A stretch of DNA of 35,929 nucleotides. Origin: a bacterium. GTDB lineage: Bacteria > UBP6 > UBA1177. The position numbers and the translations under genes were made by a program. Below are positions 24,070-31,622 of this stretch, piece after piece. The stretch is from positions 1-35,929 of the forward strand of contig JAGAAT010000022.1 in NCBI GenBank assembly GCA_017615095.1, written 5' to 3'. The number at the start of each line of letters is the position of its first letter. Positions within the stretch are counted from its first letter, which is position 1. Below the pieces are notes generated by a model that made no database searches, was not told where the DNA came from, and saw only the letters and a program-made list of their open reading frames with translations.

Positions 24070-27000
24070 ATGAAAATCACATGTCCTCACTGCAAAACGG
24101 TTTACAAAATCGATGATTCAAGGGTTCCGGAAAAGGGTCTTTTGGTAAAGTGTTCAGTCTGTCAGACAAAATACCGCGTCAAAAAGGATCCGGCTCACAA
24201 AGACGAGGAGGAACAGCCGGCAGAGCTTGAACAAAAGGTTCAAAACGGATCTCAAGGCACGGCAGAGCCTCAGGAAGCGGCAAAACAGAACGACGGATCC
24301 GATCTCTTCAAAGACACAGAGGCGACTCCGGACACTTCGAACGGCGACGATCTTTTTGCCTCGAATGCGACCTTCACAACCGGGCTTGACGAACCGGAAG
24401 CACCCGCTTCAAACACAGGAGACGGCTTTACGGCAGAGAAGGCAAAGAGCAGTCTGGACTCTATTTTAAACACAAAATCGGACGATGCGGAAGATCCGCT
24501 CTTCGGCAACGATGAAAACCTCAGCCTGGACGACATCATCAACAACGCCGATGGTCTGGGCAAGGCTGACACCCACGAGAAGATAGATATCCAGACCTCG
24601 AGCGACGAGATCTCCAACGCGAACGAGTTCTCCGACAGCAATCTGGAAGGCGGACTCAACGTCAAAAAGGCTCCCGGCGAGTTTTCGCTCGAAGACAACA
24701 AAGCGGGAGGAGCGTCGGACGGCGACGATCTTTTCGACTCTGGAAAAAGTCAAAACGACGACCCGTTCGCAGACCCCTTCGCGCCCGACGGGAACAAGGA
24801 CCTGTTCGAAGGAGAATCCGATGACCTTTTCGGCGGGGCAGGTTCAACTCCGAAACCTCAGAGCGATATAAAGGATGAATTTCTGGAGGATCTCTTCGGC
24901 GAGGACGGGAAAGGTCCCGCCAAGGCAGCCGACGACCTTTCGGTAGACAAGAGCGATCTTATCTCCGACGATCTTTTTGAAGAGGGTACGGCGATCGTTC
25001 AGGACGACTTCGTCATCAGCGAGGAAAAGGACGAACACGAGGTCACCAGCACGACAGTCGAGCACACATTTGTTCCTGAAGATATGCGCGAAGTCTCCGA
25101 AAATCCCGTCCAAAAGAAGATCACGCCTACGACAGGCGGTGCAAACCCGATGGTCGCCAAGATCGTCATCGGCGTTGCCTCAGTTGCAATAATCGCTCTG
25201 CTGGCAGTCGGCGGATACTGGTTCTTCGGAAAGAGCAGAATGCACGAACAGACGGATATCCTCGAAAACATCAACGAATCGTTTGCCCAGAACACGGGAA
25301 CTCTTGCGGATGTCCGCGCCGCTCTGGATCAGGATATGCCGGACAGCTACATGAACAGCATCAACGTTTTGAAGCAGTATCTGCGCCCCGAAGACTCGGC
25401 TCCGAGTGCTGTCGGACTCGACGGACAGATCAAGCTCAACCTGCTCATCTCCTACAACAAGCGTATCGAATCCTCGTCGGATATCGCAGTAAAGACCGAT
25501 ATCGCACTCAAGAAGGATCCTAAAAATATCGACCTCAACAAGGCAAAAGCCCTCTATCTTTACGAACAGAAGGATTACGACAAGGCTGCCGAGATACTTC
25601 AGCCCTTCACCGACAGGAACGATCCCGAGATCTTCTACATCCTCGGGCTGCTGGCTCAGGGCAAGAACGATTTGAAAAACGCCGAATCCTTCTTCAACAA
25701 AGGACTTACCGTACAGGAGAACAAGCAGAGCACGAAGATCATGTACGCTCTGGCGAACATCAAATACGACAACGGCGACGCTCAGGCGGCACTTGCGTTC
25801 CTCAACACGATCATTTCGGCGACTCCGAACTACATCAAGGCATACCTGCTCAAAGCAAAGATCCTTATGAACAGTGATGCAAAAATCGAAGAGGCGAATA
25901 CCTTCCTGAAGAGCGTTGATCCGAACATCATAGCGAGATCAGAAGATTTCCTCAAAATAGACTACTACAAGATGCTGGCCCAGCTCGCCCAGAAGAGAAA
26001 CGAACATGACGAGGCTATCAAAAACTACGAAAAAGCTCTTGAAATCAACCGCAACGATGTCGAGACGATCACGATCGTTGCCGATTTCTACGTTCAGGAG
26101 CACAACGCAAGCAAGGCTCAGGAATACTACGACAAGGCTCTGGCGATCGACCCGAGATACCCGAGGGCGATAGTCGGAAAGACCGAGATCTACGTCCTTC
26201 TCGAACAGAGCGACAAGATCTACCTCGAGCTGGCAAAGCTTGATATCCCGTCGATCAAGAATCCGGAACTTCTCACCAGGATCGCAAGGATCTACTACAA
26301 CGTCGAAGACAAAGTCATGGCAATGAAGCTCAACGACGCGGCGATCAAGGCTGATCCGTCATACATCGAACCATACATCGCAAACAGCGTGATCCTCCTC
26401 GACCTCAACAGGATCGACGAGATCAAACCGATAGCAAAGACCCTGGAAAAGCTGAATCAGAACAACTACTCCTATTTCATGGTAATGGGTATCCTCGAGC
26501 ACGCAGAGGCAAACTACAAGCAGGCTGCGCAGTACTTCAAATCCGCCGTTCAGAAGAATACTGACGGCGACGAAAGGGTCTGGTACTACTACGGCCGTTT
26601 CCTTATCGACAGCCAGAAGTACATCGAGGCTTCAGAGATGTTTGCCCGCGCCCACAGGTCCGACCCGAAACGCTATGAATATCTCCAGGCCTATGCAGAA
26701 TCGCTTGAAAAGGAGAAAAAGTGGAACTCGGTCATCACGCTTCTCGAATCGAGAGACTACAACGAAAAGCGCATGTACAAGAGTCTGGTTTCACTTGCCA
26801 ACGCGACCTTCCATCTGAAAAGGTTCGACGAAGCAATCAAATACGTCAACAAGGCGCTGCTCTACAACAACCAGAACTACACGGTATACTACCTCAAAGC
26901 CCGCATCCTCTATCAGCAGAAGAAGTACGAAGAGGCAGCAGAAGAGGTCAACAGAGCCGTCACTCTGGATATGAACAACTTTGACAACTACATGCTCTAC

Positions 27001-27834
27001 GCAAGGATCCTCTCGAAGCAGGGTGATTTCAAAGGCGCTATGGAAAAGATCGAAGCAGCCGAAAAGATAGAGCCGTCGAACCAGAGCCTTCTTCTCGTAA
27101 AAGGCATCATCCACAAAAATCTGGATGATTACCGTGAAGCGCTCAACTACTTCAAGAAGATCACTTCGAAGAACCTTCTCCGCGAGGCTTACTTCGAGAT
27201 CGGCGAAAGCTTCCTGCAGCTCGACAAGAGGAACGACGCGCTGAAGTACCTCCTTCTCGCCGACAAGAACGGCAACAAAGAGGCTGCGTTCAGGATCGGA
27301 GACATCTACTACGAGAAGGGTCAGCTCGACAAGGCTCTCGCCTTCTTCAAAAAGACAGTCCGCAACGACAAAACAAATTTAGAAGCACTGAAAAAGATAG
27401 GCTACATCTATAAAGAGCGCGAAGAGGCAGCAAAGGCTCTGCCCTACTTCAACGCATACATCAAAAAGGTAGACGACCCCTACGAAAAAAGGATGGTCGA
27501 GGATGAAGTATACCACATCAAACAGAGTATGCCGCAGGGCAGACAGATGAAAAACGTGACTGTCGAAGAGCTGGAGGGGAACGATCCCGACGCACAGGAA
27601 GAAAGAGCGAAGGATCTTTACAACGAAGCAAAAGTTTTGAAGGACGAGGATCCGAAGGCAGCTGTCGACCGTCTCAACGAGATCATGAAGATTCTGCCCA
27701 AAACGAACGAATACTACAAAAAGGCATTCAAGCTCTTCAACGAGGTCAACACAAAAATGAAGAGCAGCGAAGCTCCCAAACAGGCTCCGGCAGAGGCTAA
27801 TCCTGGGACTCCTGCGGAAAAGGCAGACAAATAA
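24070..27834 (+). CDS. Large membrane protein: N-terminal MJ0042-type zinc ribbon, acidic disordered region with D-x-L-F/DPF motifs, one TM helix, and about 860 aa of TPR repeats
   Basis: MKITCPHCKTVYKIDDSRVPEKGLLVKCSVCQTKYRV is a CxxC...CxxC zinc ribbon of the MJ0042 type. TM helix MVAKIVIGVASVAIIALLAVGGYWFFG at aa 361-387. Many 34-aa TPR-like units follow, for example AIKNYEKALEINRND and AQEYYDKALAIDPRYP. Confidence 0.85.
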   Translation: MKITCPHCKTVYKIDDSRVPEKGLLVKCSVCQTKYRVKKDPAHKDEEEQPAELEQKVQNGSQGTAEPQEAAKQNDGSDLFKDTEATPDTSNGDDLFASNATFTTGLDEPEAPASNTGDGFTAEKAKSSLDSILNTKSDDAEDPLFGNDENLSLDDIINNADGLGKADTHEKIDIQTSSDEISNANEFSDSNLEGGLNVKKAPGEFSLEDNKAGGASDGDDLFDSGKSQNDDPFADPFAPDGNKDLFEGESDDLFGGAGSTPKPQSDIKDEFLEDLFGEDGKGPAKAADDLSVDKSDLISDDLFEEGTAIVQDDFVISEEKDEHEVTSTTVEHTFVPEDMREVSENPVQKKITPTTGGANPMVAKIVIGVASVAIIALLAVGGYWFFGKSRMHEQTDILENINESFAQNTGTLADVRAALDQDMPDSYMNSINVLKQYLRPEDSAPSAVGLDGQIKLNLLISYNKRIESSSDIAVKTDIALKKDPKNIDLNKAKALYLYEQKDYDKAAEILQPFTDRNDPEIFYILGLLAQGKNDLKNAESFFNKGLTVQENKQSTKIMYALANIKYDNGDAQAALAFLNTIISATPNYIKAYLLKAKILMNSDAKIEEANTFLKSVDPNIIARSEDFLKIDYYKMLAQLAQKRNEHDEAIKNYEKALEINRNDVETITIVADFYVQEHNASKAQEYYDKALAIDPRYPRAIVGKTEIYVLLEQSDKIYLELAKLDIPSIKNPELLTRIARIYYNVEDKVMAMKLNDAAIKADPSYIEPYIANSVILLDLNRIDEIKPIAKTLEKLNQNNYSYFMVMGILEHAEANYKQAAQYFKSAVQKNTDGDERVWYYYGRFLIDSQKYIEASEMFARAHRSDPKRYEYLQAYAESLEKEKKWNSVITLLESRDYNEKRMYKSLVSLANATFHLKRFDEAIKYVNKALLYNNQNYTVYYLKARILYQQKKYEEAAEEVNRAVTLDMNNFDNYMLYARILSKQGDFKGAMEKIEAAEKIEPSNQSLLLVKGIIHKNLDDYREALNYFKKITSKNLLREAYFEIGESFLQLDKRNDALKYLLLADKNGNKEAAFRIGDIYYEKGQLDKALAFFKKTVRNDKTNLEALKKIGYIYKEREEAAKALPYFNAYIKKVDDPYEKRMVEDEVYHIKQSMPQGRQMKNVTVEELEGNDPDAQEERAKDLYNEAKVLKDEDPKAAVDRLNEIMKILPKTNEYYKKAFKLFNEVNTKMKSSEAPKQAPAEANPGTPAEKADK

Positions 27835-27853
27835 CAGTCCCGGCGCAGTTCAA

Positions 27854-28339
27854 ATGTCAAAATCGGCAATATATCCCGGAAGCTTCGACCCGTTCACCCT
27901 GGGGCACATGGATATAGTTTCGCGGGCTCTCAAAATCTTCGATACGGTGTACATCGCGATCGGCAGGAACAAAACCAAGAGCTCGCTCTTCACCGAAAGG
28001 GAGCGCCAAGAGCAGATCGAGGAGATTTTCAGAGGCGACGACCGCGTGATCGTAACAGTCTTCAACGACCTTCTTGTCGACTACGCCGAGCGGCTTAACA
28101 TCTTCACGGTGATCCGCGGGGTCAGGACAGTCACCGACTTTGAGTTCGAATTCCAGCTGGCGTCTGCCTACCGTGCGACTCAGCCGAAGATCGAATCGGT
28201 CTTCTTTATGACCTCAGACAAGTTTTCGTTCCTATCGTCAAGCCTCGTGAAGGAGATCGCCGGGAAAAACGGCTCCTACCTTTCACAGTTCGTAACGCCG
28301 AACGTCGAAAAGGCGCTTAGGGAAAAGTTCAGCAAATAA
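27854..28339 (+). CDS. coaD: Phosphopantetheine adenylyltransferase
   Basis: AIYPGSFDPFTLGHMDIV carries the nucleotidyltransferase (T/H)xGH motif. It also has VIRGVRTVTDFEFE and SSSLVKEI, and is 161 aa long. Confidence 0.95.
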   Translation: MSKSAIYPGSFDPFTLGHMDIVSRALKIFDTVYIAIGRNKTKSSLFTERERQEQIEEIFRGDDRVIVTVFNDLLVDYAERLNIFTVIRGVRTVTDFEFEFQLASAYRATQPKIESVFFMTSDKFSFLSSSLVKEIAGKNGSYLSQFVTPNVEKALREKFSK

Positions 28340-28350
28340 CAGGAGAAGAG

Positions 28351-29913
28351 ATGGATTCACGCCGTCAAAACAAGCTTTCGTCTATATTTCTGCTTATAGT
28401 CGCGCTGCTCCTTGCAGCAATAATCCTCTTTGCAAAAATCCATTCGGAATCAGCCGGAGACGAGTCAGAAAGTGCTGCTGAGACTGCAAAAGCGGGACCT
28501 TCTGACACAAAAAAACCTGCGGCTGCAGAAGTCGCGCAGCCCGCACAAAAGCCGGAAAAGGCAGCCGTGACCGCACCTGCAAAACCGGAAAAGACCGAAG
28601 AACCTGCGGCTGAAGAGGGTGTTGCCGAGGCCGCTCCGGAGTCGATCAAGGCGTCAAAGAACGAAGACGATATCGAAGAGTCGCAGGATGTTCCAAACAC
28701 CAAGGAGGAGGTTATCGTAAAGGATGATTCGAATGCAGACAGCGAGGGCTATCTGCACGGCAAGATCCTTCCTAAAAAGGGTATCGAAGAGGCTTTGCTC
28801 AAGGTTCCTGGGCTCCAGCTCAAACACGCGATGGAGATAAGCAACGCGATCAGATACGATGTCGATCTGACACAGATCAAGGCTGGCGAGGACTTCAAAG
28901 TGAAGTTCGATAAGGACGGCAACATCGAGGAATTCGTCTACTATCCCGACATTGTAACTTTCCATATCCTGAAGCGCGATCCGGTCGAAAACAAGCTGAA
29001 ATACACATCAAAAACGCTCCCGACAGAGCGCCGGTTCCGCATAATCGAGGGTTCTATCGAATCTTCGCTGAACGAATCGCTCGTCCGCAGAGACGACGTA
29101 ACACGGAACATCCGCGCCGTCACGGTCGGCATTCTTGAGTGCATCGTCAGCTTCAGCACTGATGCAAGACGCGGTGACAGGTACCGCATACTGGTCGAAG
29201 ACAAATATTACCAGAACAGGCAGGTCCCCGGCTCGAAGGTGCTTTACGCCTCCTACGAAGGCAGGCAGGCAGGCTTTCACGAGGCGTTCCGCTACGAAGA
29301 CGAGGAGCCCAAATCGGCATTCAACGCGCACTACACCGTCACCGGTAAGGCTCTGATCCCCAGCGCCATGAGGCTCCCGCTCGATACGATACGCATCACG
29401 AGTCCGTTCGGCATGAGGCGTCACCCGATAACGGGAAAGATGACGCAGCACCACGGTGTCGATTACGGCGCACCGGTCGGAACGCCGGTCTATGCAGTCG
29501 CTCCCGGCAAAGTCATCGAAGTCAAGCAGACTCCGCTCGGCGGCAAGCAGGTGACGATAAACCACGCAGACAACACGAAAACCTACTATCTCCACCTGAA
29601 CGGATACAACGTCAGTGTCGGCACGGCTGTTTCAGCGCGTCAGAGGATCGCTTCGGTCGGGAATACAGGCAGAAGCACGGGACCGCACCTCCATTTCGGG
29701 ATCAAGAACCCGCAGGGGAACTGGCTCAACCCGCTTAAAATCAAGATGATAGCCACCCCTCAGCTCGACAACAAACGTATGCCCCGTTTCAAAAAGCAAA
29801 TGGCTGAAATCACAGCTCTTTTAAAGGATACTGAAAAGTATCAGGAGTGGCTCAGAAAATACGATGAAGGGCCGCAGCCAGGTGATTTTTACGATCTTTA
29901 CGACAAAATCTAA
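28351..29913 (+). CDS. M23-family peptidoglycan metalloendopeptidase (MepM/YebA-like) with an N-terminal TM anchor and an Ala/Pro/Glu-rich linker
   Basis: LytM-domain motifs HHGVDYGAPVGTPVYAVAPGKV and GNTGRSTGPHLHFGIK. N-terminal hydrophobic anchor LSSIFLLIVALLLAAIILFA. SD AGGAG lies upstream. Confidence 0.9.
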   Translation: MDSRRQNKLSSIFLLIVALLLAAIILFAKIHSESAGDESESAAETAKAGPSDTKKPAAAEVAQPAQKPEKAAVTAPAKPEKTEEPAAEEGVAEAAPESIKASKNEDDIEESQDVPNTKEEVIVKDDSNADSEGYLHGKILPKKGIEEALLKVPGLQLKHAMEISNAIRYDVDLTQIKAGEDFKVKFDKDGNIEEFVYYPDIVTFHILKRDPVENKLKYTSKTLPTERRFRIIEGSIESSLNESLVRRDDVTRNIRAVTVGILECIVSFSTDARRGDRYRILVEDKYYQNRQVPGSKVLYASYEGRQAGFHEAFRYEDEEPKSAFNAHYTVTGKALIPSAMRLPLDTIRITSPFGMRRHPITGKMTQHHGVDYGAPVGTPVYAVAPGKVIEVKQTPLGGKQVTINHADNTKTYYLHLNGYNVSVGTAVSARQRIASVGNTGRSTGPHLHFGIKNPQGNWLNPLKIKMIATPQLDNKRMPRFKKQMAEITALLKDTEKYQEWLRKYDEGPQPGDFYDLYDKI

Positions 29914-29916
29914 GAA

Positions 29917-31575
29917 CTAATTCTTCCAGATAACAAGATAGCTCGAAAGGTATATTTCGGCACGGTAACCGTCGGGATTCGTAACGACCGGCGAATAGGT
30001 CTTTCCGTCGAGAAGTGCCGAATAATCAAAGGTGTTCTCGCCGCTGACAAGTGAATCGGTGACATCGAACTCGATCAGCTTGACATCCAGACCAGGGCAC
30101 CAGCCTGCTCTTCCGTAGGGCCAGGAACCGTACTGATTCGGGACTACGCCGTCAGTTACCATTTTGTAGCATCCTTTTGAAGTTCCCGCGTTGGCAAAGT
30201 CGAACTGAAAGTCGTTCCCGTTTACGCTGAAAATCGATTCGAACGGGCAGAATTCAGCGCAGTTAGCCTGCTCCGAGCCGTTTCCGTGACCGGTGATAAA
30301 GGCATAAATTTTGGCACTTTTCACATCCGTAAGTTCAAAGTTCAGAGTCTCGAACTTGTCGTTGTACTCTTCCGTGAACTGCTCTGTCTGGTGGTAAAGC
30401 CTTATTATTTCAGACGGTTGTTCCGTATCGTCAGCAATATAGAGGAAATCCAGGTTGTTGACGTAGTTGTCGCCGTCGACAGTCAGCCTGAGCTTCGCGT
30501 TCTGTCTGCCCGAAAGCATCGGGATCAGCGGAGAGATGTCGGTAAGCCACTTTCCGCTTCTGCCGTAGGTGGTTATCCAGCGGCCGATTTCGATCGAGCA
30601 CTCCTCTTCACCGTCGCCGCAGAGGAAAAGACGTTCGAGTCTGTCCCACTCGCAGTCCGCCGGATTGCCGCAAAGCTGTTCAAAGAGTATGTAAAGCGAA
30701 CCGTTGCCGTCGAAATCATCAAAATCGACGTTGAAGTATATGTTTTTCGTCCACCCCTCGGTCTCGAAAGGAACACCTTCAAGCCCTTTGATTTTTTTGG
30801 TTTTTTGTTCGTTTTCGCTCAAAAAGCCCTCAAGTTCCCATTCGTAGTTGTAGTATTCGGCCTCCTTCATTATGTTTTCGATCATCGGGTCGGTCGAAGA
30901 CTGCCAGCTCGCGAAAGAACCTCCTGCGCGGAGCCTCTGGAAACGGTCGATACCGAGGAAAACGCTGCTATTTTCTTTAGCCCAATCGCTGAGCCAGCAG
31001 TCGATCCCGGCAAGCGGCTTCGAAACGATGTGGATACGTTTGCGGAGTTCAACGTTGCCCGTCACATCGGCAGCCTCTTCGATATTCTCTCTGATTTCGG
31101 CGATTTTCGTCTCGAAGGTATCGCTTTTGTCCGTGTAAACCGCGAAAAAATAGTGAACATTCATCGGTGAAGCGTCAAACAGGTTCATCAGCGGAGTAGA
31201 CCACATCTTGTTGTCGCTGTTCATCGAACCGGCTCTGTAGATGACGAAAATGTAGCTGTCATCGTGAGTGTAGTTCGACGCGAAATTCCAATCGCCATCC
31301 TCTGTCGGAAGCGTGAAATCTCCTGCGATATCACCGAACTCAGTACCGTACGGACCTTCTGAGAACTCTTCACTGGGAGTATTTGCGTCAAGTCCGGGAT
31401 CGTCATCTGCCGGAGTCTCATCATCGCCGTCATAAGCCGGAACCGCATCATTGTCGGACTCAGGAGCATCGCCGTCGGATCCATCATTTTTTGAATCTCC
31501 GCCGCAAGAGACGAGCAAAAGCGCAAAAAGCAGCACAACAGCCAAATAAAGATGTAAGGTGTCGGATTTTTTCAT
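29917..31575 (-). CDS. Lipoprotein with a PNGase F-like (peptide-N-glycosidase F) two-domain C-terminal region and an N-terminal redoxin-like domain that lacks CxxC
   Basis: Lipobox FALLLVSC|GG followed by an acidic linker. CGNPADCEWDR...IEIGRWITTYG compares with PNGase F GGCDPWDR...YEIGRFITPY. ITGHGNGSEQANCAEFC...YGRAGWCPGLDV compares with PNGase F ISGWGH...RGCAEWC...DRAGWCPGMAV. The PNGase F sequence is from memory. SD AGGAG lies upstream. Confidence 0.78.
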   Translation of the reverse strand: MKKSDTLHLYLAVVLLFALLLVSCGGDSKNDGSDGDAPESDNDAVPAYDGDDETPADDDPGLDANTPSEEFSEGPYGTEFGDIAGDFTLPTEDGDWNFASNYTHDDSYIFVIYRAGSMNSDNKMWSTPLMNLFDASPMNVHYFFAVYTDKSDTFETKIAEIRENIEEAADVTGNVELRKRIHIVSKPLAGIDCWLSDWAKENSSVFLGIDRFQRLRAGGSFASWQSSTDPMIENIMKEAEYYNYEWELEGFLSENEQKTKKIKGLEGVPFETEGWTKNIYFNVDFDDFDGNGSLYILFEQLCGNPADCEWDRLERLFLCGDGEEECSIEIGRWITTYGRSGKWLTDISPLIPMLSGRQNAKLRLTVDGDNYVNNLDFLYIADDTEQPSEIIRLYHQTEQFTEEYNDKFETLNFELTDVKSAKIYAFITGHGNGSEQANCAEFCPFESIFSVNGNDFQFDFANAGTSKGCYKMVTDGVVPNQYGSWPYGRAGWCPGLDVKLIEFDVTDSLVSGENTFDYSALLDGKTYSPVVTNPDGYRAEIYLSSYLVIWKN

Positions 31576-31622
31576 GTTTTCTCCTGTTTGAGTTTATTGT
31601 AGATTAAAATCGGGGACTAAAA

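Noticed and set aside
29911-29919. The convergent stop codons of the M23 peptidase and the PNGase-like gene are only 3 nt apart, with a 5-bp AT-rich inverted repeat (AAGAA..TTCTT).
   Set aside because: The stem is too weak and short for a terminator. Tight convergent packing is unremarkable by itself.
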